Source: a bacterium
Lineage (GTDB): Bacteria > SZUA-79 > Acidulodesulfobacterales > Acidulodesulfobacteraceae
Length of the DNA stretch: 64,000 bases
Assembly: GCA_021812245.1 (NCBI GenBank)
Contig: JAKAOK010000004.1
Location: 18,223 to 82,222, forward strand
Direction of reading: 5' to 3'
A model generated the notes under the pieces. It searched no databases and was not told where the DNA came from. It saw only the letters and a list, made by a program, of their open reading frames with translations. Shown here piece by piece: positions 46,541-56,763 of this stretch (position 1 is its first letter; every line of letters begins with the position of its first letter). A program made the translations under genes and the position numbers.

Positions 46541-48117
46541 GTTAACTTTAATTTTGCAATAGAAAAAATTACACCTTTGACATATGACCAAAAATGTCAA
46601 TTTTTTAAAAAATGGTAAAATATTAGCTAAATTTAGCCGCCTCTAAAAGTATTTTTTATAATTTTTATTATCATTCCAAGAATATGCTTTAAAATGGTCA
46701 TTTTTTAAGTTTTCAAGACGCACCCCTCCCGTATAATCGTAAGGTTATTTTAAAAAAACATCTATATTTTTTGCAGCGACGATAATATATCTTTGTAATT
46801 TCGGAATCCTTTTTTACTCATGTATAATTTTAATAACAGCCTGCCGGAATGGTTTACTATCCTTCCTACGGTATTAAACAGTAAAAACCTTAAAGATTTA
46901 AGGCTTCTATTAATTCCTGTTATCAAAGAAAATAACTTCATTAAGTTATATACTAATCCGGCTAAGTTTATCCATACGGCGTTTGCATTAAAAGCACCGG
47001 TCGGAAGTTTCCTCAGGGAATAGTCCCATTTCATAGTTTTTATGTAGTATTCGCACGTTCCTCTTAAATTGTAGAAGTTATATACTTCGTTAGGGGACAG
47101 ATCCGAATTGGTCGCTATAGCATAATATTCGTAATAGCATTCTCCGAAAAGGTTAGGATCGTCATACCTTTTCCTTTTTCTGGTAACTGCGAGTCTGAAC
47201 GATTCGGTATTTTCCATAGCATGAACCGTCTCGCCTATCTCGCAGCCGTCTATTTTAGTTCCGTATCTATCTGCGAGGGGTTCCCATTTATCTATTACGG
47301 AATAATCTATTCCGTAATTTTTAGCTCTTATGAAAAACGTTTTATCTTTGCAGTAATTTATAATATTAGCCTGATAGCTTGCGGCATCCGCCCTGTAGTT
47401 TTTTAATTTAATTCCGTTTTCTGAAAGAATATTATCTACATTTATTAGCTGCCCGTATAATCCGGAGGCGGGGGATATGTTTCCGTTTCTAAATTCAGAA
47501 TATATGCAACTTTGGGTTTCGGCTATGAAGCCGTAAAGAATTTGAAGGGCTTTAAATCCCTTATAGCAGGTTTTCGATAAATCCTGTTTGTCCGTTTCTA
47601 TAAACGTTGCATCGGCATCAAAGGTTACCTCGGTTACGCCTGATTTTTTTATAGTCTTAATAGCTATATTCTGCAGCAGGGAATGAGTTCCGTCTATCTG
47701 CCGAATATTCTGTTTTGCAAGAAAAGAACCTATTCTGCTGGTATGGGGCATCTTTTCTATTTCCCAGATACCTTTTAGGGTATCGTCGTCTTTTATATGG
47801 TTTATATCGCTTATGCAGTCCGCGCCGGTTAAAAGACCGGTTGCTATGGATTTTACGTAGATTAAGGGTTTATGAGCCCTATTCGATAAAGGGGATTTAA
47901 AAATAGAAGATATTTTTTTTCCAGATTAAGACTTTTAAACATCTGCGCGATTAATTGCGTTCCGGCAAATGCGGAGTATTTCTTTTCGCCTCTAATTATG
48001 GTATAATTTTTCATATCGATTAACCTCCTTGTTATGTTTTGTTATTGGCTTAGATATCAATAATTATAACATATCGGGAGGTTTTTTTATAGTTCTATTG
48101 CAAGATTAAAGGTTAAC
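46541..48117 (-). mobile_element. second, distinct IS1380-family element (about 1.58 kb)
   Basis: Imperfect 24-25 bp inverted ends GTTAACTTTAATTTTGCAATAGAA (46541-46564) and TTCTATTGCAAGATTAAAGGTTAAC (48093-48117). Encloses an IS1380-type transposase gene. No clear target duplication seen. Confidence 0.7.
46762..48014 (-). pseudogene. IS1380-family transposase interrupted by a frameshift at an A8 run
   Basis: ATG at 48012-48014 opens MKNYTIIRGEKKYSAFAGTQLIAQMFKSLNLEKK. After the A8 run (T8 on the plus strand, 47913-47920) the -1 frame continues ISSIFKSPLSNRAHKP...MPHTSRIGSFLAK into the 329-aa track ORF. The joined product (417 aa) aligns without a gap to the 416-aa copy. Confidence 0.75.
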
Positions 48118-48325
48118 ATAAAATATTATCGAAAAGGCTGCGAACTGCATTATTATCGCTATATTAAAACAAAAAAACCGGTAAATACAGAACAGTTTAC
48201 TTTTTATATATTTCTAAGTACATGGAAAACTCGAAGAAAATTCTTGCCGAAGAACTTAAGATAGATATCTATATTTCGGACGTAAACCCGATGGACATGC
48301 TGCTTATTAATGCGTAAATGGTAAA

Positions 48326-48371
48326 TGGAGCGGGCAACGAGGTTCGAACTCACGACACCAGTCTTGGGAAA
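48326..48371 (-). repeat. duplicated 3' part of tRNA-Gly (distal att-type repeat)
   Basis: TGGAGCGGGCAACGAGGTTCGAACTC is identical to 51247-51272, with partial identity for about 20 nt more. The anticodon stem and 5' half do not fold, so it is not a tRNA gene. Confidence 0.7.
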
Positions 48372-48535
48372 CGTTCCAGGGCTATCTAACTAAACCGACT
48401 TTCCACCTGCTTTTATAAATACAATAAAAGGTTTTGCCGCTTTCGGCAATTCCTTGTAATACCCCCTATTTCGTCGTTTTTTTAACAAAAGCGTTGCAAA
48501 AACGTCGCAGTGAATTTTATTTTATTGCAAACCAG

Positions 48536-49184
48536 CTAAAGCATTTCTCTTATCCTTACGGGTTTAAAACCAGTTGTCTTAACCGAAACATTCCGGCAAA
48601 AAGGCGCATTTCCTAAAATATAAGAATGAATATGTCCATGAACATTAATGTCGCAGTTATACCCCCTAAATATCTCGAATAATTTATCGGTAATCGGTCT
48701 AAACCTTTCGTCTTCTTCTATATCGTTTTTAACCGGAAAATTCGAAAACATAATCCTTAAGCCTTTTATCTCGGTTATAACGACATTAATGTTTTCAAGA
48801 GCGGGAATACGTTTTTTGTTCACCAAGATTCCCTCTATAAGCTCTATCCCGAGTTCTGAATATGCCGATGCGCCTAGGTCATGGTTTTCCTTAAAAAGAA
48901 TTATATGGCCGTTAAGATGCTTAGCCCATGTTTTAATCGTATCCATTGTCTTCACAAGCGAAGTCGCCAAGGTGCAGAACCGTATCGTTTTTTCCGACGA
49001 TGGCATTCCATTTTTCAACCAACCGGCCGTATATCTTATAGGCGATTGTTCTATTTAATACCGAAACGCCGGAATAGGCAAGCAAGAATCTCGAAGGTTC
49101 AGACATAATCATATCGTCGCGCCCAAAGCGCGTATCAGAAATGACAAAACTGTTGAGCATTGCTATATTCTCCCAGGAATACAA
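48536..49184 (-). pseudogene. calcineurin-like metallophosphoesterase, frameshifted
   Basis: 83-aa ORF carries VISDTRFG...HLGDF. The 160-aa ORF in another frame continues ...KENHD...VHGHIH. The frame break is near 48960-48975, and the usual DxH is degraded to DTR. Confidence 0.65.
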
Positions 49185-49327
49185 GTTGCCAAAATACTAT
49201 TTTATAGCAACTTTTTTTAGAAAAATCGACTTATCCCTGTAAAAAAAATTAACCCGATTTTCGTCTTTCGTTTCCAGCTTAGTTACTAAAATAATACATT
49301 TTAGGAACCTGATGCCGAAACAGATTG

Positions 49328-49672
49328 TCAATTAGCAGCATTACCTATATGGCTGTCTGTGGCCCCCTGGACGCATTTTTCGGTCAGGTATTTTATATAA
49401 GGCCGATAAGGAGCATAATTAAATGCTGATATTTTTTTTCGTCCATTGAGAAAACCACTGATTATTTTATTAGCATACTTTTTATCATATCTGCTATACA
49501 TAATATGTTCATAACACCGATTCATCGGATCAAACCTATTTATATTATTATAACCATACAAATACGCCGCCCCGCCCGCATTTTTCAAACCATTGCTGAT
49601 AGCCGAAGCTACGCTTAATCCGCAGAATCCTATAAAACAAAAAACAACTAACGCTAAAAATACCCTCTTCAT
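49328..49672 (-). CDS. hypothetical secreted protein (114 aa)
   Basis: Clear signal peptide (MKRVFLALVVFCFIGFCGLSVASA). No recognisable family. Confidence 0.45.
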   Translation of the reverse strand: MKRVFLALVVFCFIGFCGLSVASAISNGLKNAGGAAYLYGYNNINRFDPMNRCYEHIMYSRYDKKYANKIISGFLNGRKKISAFNYAPYRPYIKYLTEKCVQGATDSHIGNAAN

Positions 49673-49733
49673 TATTTTACCTCCATTTTGTTTTACGATT
49701 TATATTATATTATTCAATGTTGATTGCAATTTC

Positions 49734-50258
49734 CTAAAACCTCATTATCGATTCTAACTTTATTCCTTTAAGCACATATACGAATACCATCCCGACGTAT
49801 GCTCCCGTCTTCGTTATCACCCTGTATCCGTAATAATTAGCAGTAGCCTTGCCGTACTGCCTTGCCTCCGCAATAGTATTGTTTATAACGGGCTTTATTC
49901 CTTGCGGCAGGTTATCCCATCCCGCCATATTGGTATTTTTGACCTCAGCAATATTGCCGGAGCATATTTTATAATTTTCAATAGCCCAATAATTGGGGTC
50001 AGAAAAGCCTTTCGTTCGCCTTATTATACTTATTAATTTACAACCCGACATAGTCGTAGTAATAGGTATGGCGTTATAGGTATAAGCTCCGTAAGTATAA
50101 ATATAAGGACTGTTTGAATTATAAACCCGCATCGCAAGTCTGTTAAAATTGGGGTCGGACTGATTATATTTCCCGCCTATCGTCCATGCACCTGCGGGAG
50201 AAGATATAAAAAGCGATAAGCATATTGCGGATATTATTTTAATAATGTTTTTTTTCAT
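49734..50258 (-). CDS. hypothetical secreted protein (174 aa)
   Basis: Signal peptide (…LSLFISSPAGA), Tyr/Asn-rich mature part with two Cys. No recognisable family. Confidence 0.5.
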   Translation of the reverse strand: MKKNIIKIISAICLSLFISSPAGAWTIGGKYNQSDPNFNRLAMRVYNSNSPYIYTYGAYTYNAIPITTTMSGCKLISIIRRTKGFSDPNYWAIENYKICSGNIAEVKNTNMAGWDNLPQGIKPVINNTIAEARQYGKATANYYGYRVITKTGAYVGMVFVYVLKGIKLESIMRF

Positions 50259-50300
50259 CTTGACCTATGTCGGAATGCCCGGGATTACCTTACCATTTTA

Positions 50301-50543
50301 TTAATCGCTACCGTTAGCTCTGTCTATCGCTTCCGCCATATCCTTATTGCTGTATTTAAGATATATAAGCCTATTAACGATATTACTATGTCCTAAAAAG
50401 TTTTTCAATAGCATTATATTCATTCCGCTGTCTAACAAATGGATAGCTAGGGTGTGCCTTAAATCGTGCGGATGGGCTTTATCTAAATAGTCCTTACCTA
50501 AAATCTTTTCAACCAAATTCTTTAGCATAAGACTAAAGCCCAT
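50301..50543 (-). pseudogene. tyrosine recombinase C-terminal fragment
   Basis: 80 aa containing HDLRHT and LGHSNI...Y catalytic-region motifs only. The N-terminal two thirds are missing. Confidence 0.65.
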
Positions 50544-50639
50544 TTTTGTAATAGCGGGCTTGCCTGAAGTTTTCGCAAGAACAAAAAGAGGTAAAATACT
50601 TTACGTAATTTTTCCAATATTTTAGGTATTGTAAATTTA

Positions 50640-51231
50640 AAGAAATTGTAAGCGGAGTGAAATACCCAATTTGCGGGAGCGGTATCGTCAAGAATTTAGG
50701 GTGGTTTAAATGCGAAAAGAATCGCTGGGACAGCGAAAAGAAACAAGTGGTAGTTTGCAAGTTCGCTGTTTCTGAACATGCTTTGGCAAAAAAGAGCCGC
50801 TGACTGACAGGGAATTTAAGGCTCTTTTAGGCGGCGAGAGGCGCGAAATTCCCGTAAATGACACGCTGTATAAAACTCTGGCAGGTTTGGTAAGAAACAT
50901 GAATGCCAACTTCGTTTTCTACAATGCTAAAAACTAAGGATTACATGCCGTTCAGCAGACTGGATAGGTCATGGCATACTGCGCTAAGAAAGGCTAAAAT
51001 CGTAGATTTTAAGTTTTTCACGATTTAAGGTATACGTTCGCAAGCCGTCTAGTTATGGCGGGAGCTGATTTAACCACGATAAAAGAACTGCTGGGGCATT
51101 CGAATATAACGATGACTTTAAGGTATTCGCATTTATCGGCCGCTCATGTTAAAAGCGCCGTGAGCCTGCTCGATAGAAAAATTCACAATTCCTTCACAGC
51201 GAGGGAAGAAGAGCGGATACTGAAACCTTGA
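50640..51231 (+). pseudogene. degraded tyrosine integrase adjacent to tRNA-Gly
   Basis: The frame from 51019 reads HDLRYTFASRLVMAGADLTTIKELLGHSNITMTLRYSHL...KP, with the stop at 51229-51231. Upstream pieces (…REIPVNDTLYKTLAGL…) are in other frames with stops. The left boundary is approximate. Confidence 0.6.
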
Positions 51232-51246
51232 AACCCTTGTAAATAA

Positions 51247-51322
51247 TGGAGCGGGCAACGAGGTTCGAACTCGCGACACCAAGCTTGGGAAGCTTGTACT
51301 CTACCAACTGAGCTATGCCCGC
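51247..51322 (-). tRNA. tRNA-Gly (anticodon CCC)
   Basis: The reverse complement GCGGGCATAGCTCAGTTGGTAGAGTACAAGCTTCCCAAGCTTGGTGTCGCGAGTTCGAACCTCGTTGCCCGCTCCA folds as a cloverleaf with anticodon loop TTCCCAA. Confidence 0.9.
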
Positions 51323-51392
51323 TTATATATTATATTTATACCACAAAAATAAAAAATTGTAAAATATATGAAAAAATAAGGTGAAAAATAAT

Positions 51393-52193
51393 TTAGATTT
51401 CCGGTATTGCTATGTTTGCCGGAACCGGCTTAACGCTGTAGGCTTCCGCAAACGATTCGGACATAATTTTAGAAAGGCGGGCGAAACTTAAATCGCTTAA
51501 ACTATAATCGACTCCGGCCTTTTTCATTTCCTGCCGAATACCAGTAATATTATTAAAATATTCCGCATTGTCCGCGGAACTTCCGTCATTGAACAACTCG
51601 ATATGTTCTTCGGGATTATAATCGATATAAATCGACCCGTGCTGTAGAAATGCGGCATCGCTTCTTCTCTGGGAATTGCCGCAAATTTTTCTCCCGCCGA
51701 ACGTTATTTCGTATGAATGGGCTTTAAGGAAACAATTAAAATTGTTTTTTGCCGTCTTATTGTTTTTGCCTTGCGGTGGAACGCCGTTTACGCTCCCGAT
51801 ATCCGGTTTCAAACCTAATTTTACAAAAAAAAGATATAGAAATTCGCCTATTTTTTTATAAGTTTCTATGAGCTTTCCTGCAAAAATACCGTTTTTATAT
51901 GACGCCGTTATGGAATATGTTATTTCCGCTTTATGCAATACCGCCCTGCCTCCCGTAGGCCTCGAAACGATATCGTATCCTTTCTTTTCCGCTTTTTCAA
52001 TAATTCTTTCGTCTATATCTTTGTCTTTTTGAAAAAAACCAAGCGAAAGGGTAGGTGGGGAAAAATAATAAATCCTTAACGTGGGACGACTTGAAAAATC
52101 GTCTGCAATTTTATACTTGTCTAGCAAAAACAAATCGGCTGACATATTGAAAATACCGGAACAGCCGCCGGAAACTATAAGATTAAAACTCAT
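51393..52193 (-). CDS. biotin/lipoate A/B protein ligase family protein (lipoate ligase / octanoyltransferase-like)
   Basis: RPTGGRAVLH motif and a conserved K-containing region. Abuts gcvH with no gap. Confidence 0.6.
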   Translation of the reverse strand: MSFNLIVSGGCSGIFNMSADLFLLDKYKIADDFSSRPTLRIYYFSPPTLSLGFFQKDKDIDERIIEKAEKKGYDIVSRPTGGRAVLHKAEITYSITASYKNGIFAGKLIETYKKIGEFLYLFFVKLGLKPDIGSVNGVPPQGKNNKTAKNNFNCFLKAHSYEITFGGRKICGNSQRRSDAAFLQHGSIYIDYNPEEHIELFNDGSSADNAEYFNNITGIRQEMKKAGVDYSLSDLSFARLSKIMSESFAEAYSVKPVPANIAIPEI

Positions 52194-52580
52194 TCAACCG
52201 TTATTTTTTAAGTATTCTTCATACGCGCTCTGGTCCATTAATTCGTTAAGCTCGTCTTCGTTTGTGAGTTTAACCTTAAGGAGCCATCCCGAGTCGTAAG
52301 GCTCTTCATTTACAAGTTCGGGTTCGTCTTTCAGCAAATCGTTGACGCTGACAACATGCCCGCTGACCGGCGCATAAAGTTCAGAAACGGATTTAGCCGA
52401 TTCTATTGTCCCGAACGATTCGTTCTGCTCTAATTCATAACCGGTTTCGGGCAAATCGACGTATATAATGTCTCCAAGCTGATCCTGCGCGTAATCGGTA
52501 ACCCCTATGAGCGCATTATCCCCGTTGACTTTAACCCAGATATGTTCGGAATTGTATTTTAAGCCTTTTGGAAAATCCAT
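52194..52580 (-). CDS. gcvH: glycine cleavage system protein H
   Basis: 128 aa. Lipoyl-lysine motif ESAKSVSELYAPVSG. Confidence 0.9.
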   Translation of the reverse strand: MDFPKGLKYNSEHIWVKVNGDNALIGVTDYAQDQLGDIIYVDLPETGYELEQNESFGTIESAKSVSELYAPVSGHVVSVNDLLKDEPELVNEEPYDSGWLLKVKLTNEDELNELMDQSAYEEYLKNNG

Positions 52581-52698
52581 AAATCCCCCTTTATTCTTCT
52601 TATTATTATCTATCTTTTTTAATTATTAAAATTATATATTTATATATTTTAATAATATTCTTAAAACATTTGCAATATAAAATTTTATAATTTAATTT

Positions 52699-54039
52699 TT
52701 ATCTTTCTATGAATCTCTGGACATAGCCTATGTCAACATTGCCGGAAAGATAATCGCTATCGTTAAGTATCCTTTTGAGGAAAGAAATATTCGTTTCGAT
52801 ACCTTCTATCCTGAACTCGTTAAGGGCGTTTTTAGCCTTGTTTATAGCTCCGGCTCTGGTCGTATCGTAAACGATAAGTTTTGCGATTAAAGAGTCGTAA
52901 AACGGCTGTACGTTATATCCGCAATAAGCAAAATCATCGACCCTGACGTTCAAACCTCCGGGTTTATTGTAAAATGTTATTAAACCGGGCGAAGGTTTAA
53001 AATTTATCGGATTTTCGGCATTAATTCTAAGTTCTATGCTGTGTCCTTTAATTTTAACGTCTTCCTGCTTTATTTTAAGCCTATCTCCATTTGCAATCCT
53101 TATCTGTTCTTTGATAATATCGGTATTAGTCACAAACTCCGTTACGGGATGCTCCACCTGAACTCTGGTATTTACTTCCATAAAATAAAATTCGCCGCTG
53201 TCGTCTAATAGAAACTCAAAAGTAGCAGCATTTATATAATCTATCTCTTTAACAACCTTTAATATTAATTCCCCTATTCTTTTTCTTGCGGAAGATTTAA
53301 CGGAAAGGGAGGGTGCTTCTTCGATTATTTTCTGATGCCTTCTTTGAATAGAGCAGTCTCTTTCCCCGAGATAAACCGCGTTGCCATACCTGTCGGCAAG
53401 GACCTGAAACTCTATATGCTTTGGATTTTCGCAATATTTTTCCAAATAAACGTCTTTATCCCCGAAAAAAGACTGCGCCTCCTGCCTTGCCTGATGATAT
53501 GCCTGAGATAAATGCGCCGGCGTCAAAACCATCTTTATGCCCCTTCCGCCGCCTCCCATAGAAGCCTTAAGAATTAACGGATAGCCTATCTTTTCCGCCG
53601 CCTTCTTAATATCTTCTTCGTTGTCGCCTATATCGTCGCTGCCTGGCAAAACCGGAATACCGAGACTCTTGACAAGTTTCCTGGCATTCCTCTTGTTACC
53701 CAGAAGATTCATATTGGCGGAAGTGGGACCTATAAACTTAATGCCGCAATTTTCACAAATCTCCGCAAAATTAGAATTTTCGGATAAGAAACCGTATCCT
53801 GGATGTATAGCTTCGCTGTCGGTGATTTCGGCCGCCGATATTATGGAGGATATATTAAGATAGCTCTTTGACGAAGGCGGAGGGCCGATGCATATGCTCT
53901 GGTCCGCATATTTTACATGAAGGCTGTCCCTGTCGGCGGTCGAATATACCGCAACCGTCTTTATCCCCATCTCCTTGCACGCCCTGATAACACGGACGGC
54001 AATCTCGCCTCTATTGGCTATTAAAATCTTTCTGAACAT
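52699..54039 (-). CDS. accC: acetyl-CoA carboxylase biotin carboxylase subunit
   Basis: KILIANRGEIAVR start and ATP-grasp motifs (GGGGRGI, EMNTR-like EVNTRVQVEH). Confidence 0.95.
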   Translation of the reverse strand: MFRKILIANRGEIAVRVIRACKEMGIKTVAVYSTADRDSLHVKYADQSICIGPPPSSKSYLNISSIISAAEITDSEAIHPGYGFLSENSNFAEICENCGIKFIGPTSANMNLLGNKRNARKLVKSLGIPVLPGSDDIGDNEEDIKKAAEKIGYPLILKASMGGGGRGIKMVLTPAHLSQAYHQARQEAQSFFGDKDVYLEKYCENPKHIEFQVLADRYGNAVYLGERDCSIQRRHQKIIEEAPSLSVKSSARKRIGELILKVVKEIDYINAATFEFLLDDSGEFYFMEVNTRVQVEHPVTEFVTNTDIIKEQIRIANGDRLKIKQEDVKIKGHSIELRINAENPINFKPSPGLITFYNKPGGLNVRVDDFAYCGYNVQPFYDSLIAKLIVYDTTRAGAINKAKNALNEFRIEGIETNISFLKRILNDSDYLSGNVDIGYVQRFIER

Positions 54040-54063
54040 ATTAATTATTGTATATTTATTTTA

Positions 54064-54570
54064 TTAAAGGGGTTCTACGAGAAACAACGGCTGTCCAAAC
54101 TCGACTAACTGACCGTTTTCGACAATTATAGATACTATTCTGCACTTGATATCGACCTCAATTTCATTCATGATCTTCATAGCTTCGACGATGCAAACCG
54201 GACTCCCCTTTTCCACGACTGAATCAATCTCTACGAAAGGCGGTTTATCGGGAGAAGCCGACCTGTAAAACGAACCTACGAAAGGAGATACTATCTCCTT
54301 AAGATGCTCATTTTTAAGGGCAGGGGTTATTTCCGTTTCTATGGACTTGGCTCTGTATGCGGCAAATTTTGCAAGGTCTGCCTGTTCGCCGCCTGAAATT
54401 TGAGCCGAATATTCTTTCTTTTCGGAAATTATGCTTTTTATGCCGCGCTTATAAATTTCATCGGAATTTAATGTAATCTTAACTTCTTCGTCGCCCTTTT
54501 TATAATAAAATTCTTTAAGTTTGTTTGATTTAATAAATTTTACCAGATCTTTTATATCTTTGATATTCAT
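54064..54570 (-). CDS. accB: biotin carboxyl carrier protein
   Basis: EAMKIMNEI biotinylation motif. Confidence 0.9.
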   Translation of the reverse strand: MNIKDIKDLVKFIKSNKLKEFYYKKGDEEVKITLNSDEIYKRGIKSIISEKKEYSAQISGGEQADLAKFAAYRAKSIETEITPALKNEHLKEIVSPFVGSFYRSASPDKPPFVEIDSVVEKGSPVCIVEAMKIMNEIEVDIKCRIVSIIVENGQLVEFGQPLFLVEPL

Positions 54571-54656
54571 AATATTTTCCTCTTTTCTTCTTTCTTCGCC
54601 GTCAGCAGTTATTCGTTATTATCCCTATCTTTTATTATAAGCGCCGCCACCGGCCG

Positions 54657-55223
54657 TTACTTAGAGCTGACCCTTTCTATATATGTTTTGGTTCTCGTAT
54701 CCACTTTTATAATATCGCCTTCGTTTAAGAACAGCGGAACGCTGATTACAAGTCCGGTTTCAAGAGTTGCGGGCTTCGTGGCTCCGGAAACGGTATCGCC
54801 TCTAAGCCCCTGTTCCGTCTGCGTTATTTTGATCTCTATAAAATTCGGCACTTCGATATTTATAGGCCTGCCGTTATAATATAAAATTTTTACATGAATA
54901 TTTTCAAGCAGAAAACCGGCGCTTTCGGCAGACGCCTCTTTGTCTATATGTACTTGGTCGTACGTTTCATTGTCCATAAAAACAAAATCGCTTCCTTCAT
55001 CGTAAAGATACTGCATATTTTTTTCTTCTATATTAGGCGTTTCGACCTTTTCGCCTGCCCTTAAGGTTCTGTCTATCACCTTTCCCGAAATCAGGCTTTT
55101 TAATTTTGTCCTGACGAAAGCCCCTCCTTTCCCGGGCTTAACATGTTGAAAATCGATAATTTCGTAAGGCTCTTTTTCCATTTCTATTCTCAGCCCTTTT
55201 TTAAAGTCGGTAGTGGAATACAA
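54657..55223 (-). CDS. efp: elongation factor P
   Basis: 188 aa. HVKPGKGGAFVRTKLK motif. Confidence 0.95.
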   Translation of the reverse strand: MYSTTDFKKGLRIEMEKEPYEIIDFQHVKPGKGGAFVRTKLKSLISGKVIDRTLRAGEKVETPNIEEKNMQYLYDEGSDFVFMDNETYDQVHIDKEASAESAGFLLENIHVKILYYNGRPINIEVPNFIEIKITQTEQGLRGDTVSGATKPATLETGLVISVPLFLNEGDIIKVDTRTKTYIERVSSK

Positions 55224-55338
55224 TTAATTAAACCTCCGTTTCTTTGTTTTCGTATCTATTTATGATTTATTTGCAATGCCTACTAATTTAAAACAATGCA
55301 AAATAAAAATCAACTACTAAATTTTATAAGTTTAAAAT

Positions 55339-56418
55339 TTAGGCTAAATCCTCAATCTTGCATTGATTTTTTTTAATATTGGTAATAACCCGCGCGCCTT
55401 CTTTTTCGACATAACACATATCTTCGATTCTTACGCCGAACTCCCCTTCGATATAAACTCCCGGCTCAACCGTAAATACCATGCCTTCTTTAACCGTATC
55501 GCCGTTTTTTTTGCCTATATAAGGATATTCATGTATATCTAACCCTACCCCGTGGCCTAAAGAATGGGTAAAATATTTTCCGTAACCTCTTTTATCGATA
55601 TAATCTCTTGCAATTTTATCTAAACAGCTGAATTTAACGCCGGGCTTTATTTTTGAAATCGCCTTTTGCTGTGCGGAATAAACCGTATCGTAAACATCCA
55701 GAAACCTGCCGTCGGGGTTTCCAAGATGGACGGTCAAAGTTTCATCGCTCTTGTAACCGTTTCGTTCCGCCCCGAAATCGCACAATAAAACGCTTTTTTT
55801 ATCTATTCTTTTATCCGAAGGCACGCCGTGCGGCAGACTTGAATTTCTGCCGGAAAGTATTATAGTTTCGAAAGACTCCTCTGAACGGCGCTCTAATAAA
55901 TTTTTTTTGTAAATTATAGCTAAATCGTTCTCGGCGCAGAAAGTTTTCTTTAAAGTTTTCAAGGCGTCCAGCATGGATTTTTCGGCTATAGAAACAGCCT
56001 CTAAAATATAATTAAGTTCGCCCTCGTCTTTTATCGACCTTATTTTTAAAGCGGCATCGCGGGCGGGAATCAGCTTAATTTTGCTTTTAAATTTCTCTTT
56101 TAACGAGGCATACTCGCCGCAGGTAATATAATCGGACTCGAACATTATAACTTTAATGTTTCTTTTAAATATATCCGCGGCAATATCTTTATAGATTTCT
56201 TTTATTCTAACAATTTTTACATGGGCAAAACATTCTTTGGATGCCCTTTCGGAATATCTGCCGTCGGCATAAAGGATTATTTGACCTTCGCTGGTAAAAT
56301 AGACATATCCTTCCCCTGAAAAGCCCGTCATATAAAATATGTTGGAAGGCTTTTTTATTAAAATACCGTCGGCTTTTTTGTCTATCAGCCGCGATATCAT
56401 ATCGGAAACATTAAACAT
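55339..56418 (-). CDS. pepP: M24-family Xaa-Pro aminopeptidase
   Basis: Creatinase-like N-domain plus a pita-bread domain with HSLGHGVGLDIHE and VFTVEPG motifs. Confidence 0.8.
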   Translation of the reverse strand: MFNVSDMISRLIDKKADGILIKKPSNIFYMTGFSGEGYVYFTSEGQIILYADGRYSERASKECFAHVKIVRIKEIYKDIAADIFKRNIKVIMFESDYITCGEYASLKEKFKSKIKLIPARDAALKIRSIKDEGELNYILEAVSIAEKSMLDALKTLKKTFCAENDLAIIYKKNLLERRSEESFETIILSGRNSSLPHGVPSDKRIDKKSVLLCDFGAERNGYKSDETLTVHLGNPDGRFLDVYDTVYSAQQKAISKIKPGVKFSCLDKIARDYIDKRGYGKYFTHSLGHGVGLDIHEYPYIGKKNGDTVKEGMVFTVEPGVYIEGEFGVRIEDMCYVEKEGARVITNIKKNQCKIEDLA

Positions 56419-56438
56419 AAAGGTGGTTGGAGGTTCTT

Positions 56439-56699
56439 TTAGGTATTTTTAGACGTTTCTCTGTAGGCATATGTTTTTTGAAGAAAAGTTTCCAGAGAGG
56501 ATATTTGGGTTTCGGCCGTTCTTTTCTTTCCTTCGCTTGCTTCCTTAATTAACGATTGCAGTCTCTTAACGTTATCCGCCGATTCTTCGTCTAACGGATT
56601 TTCTTTCAGCAGGTCTATGTAAATATTTAACGCTTCCGCATAATGTCCCTGTGACTCGTAAATTCCGGCAAACGTTTTTGTCTTAGGTTCTAATGCCAT
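56439..56699 (-). CDS. small TPR-like protein
   Basis: 86 aa. YESQGHYAEALNIYIDLLKENP resembles one TPR unit. Confidence 0.4.
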   Translation of the reverse strand: MALEPKTKTFAGIYESQGHYAEALNIYIDLLKENPLDEESADNVKRLQSLIKEASEGKKRTAETQISSLETFLQKTYAYRETSKNT

Positions 56700-56763
56700 A
56701 ATGTATTATTTTTATCACACAGGCTTATGTTTAGTCAAGCAAATTAATATGCAAATTAATATG

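Noticed and set aside
48372-48410. A second complete tRNA gene at the distal island boundary
   Set aside because: Only the T-arm and 3' acceptor part match tRNA-Gly. The would-be anticodon stem and 5' acceptor strand do not pair.
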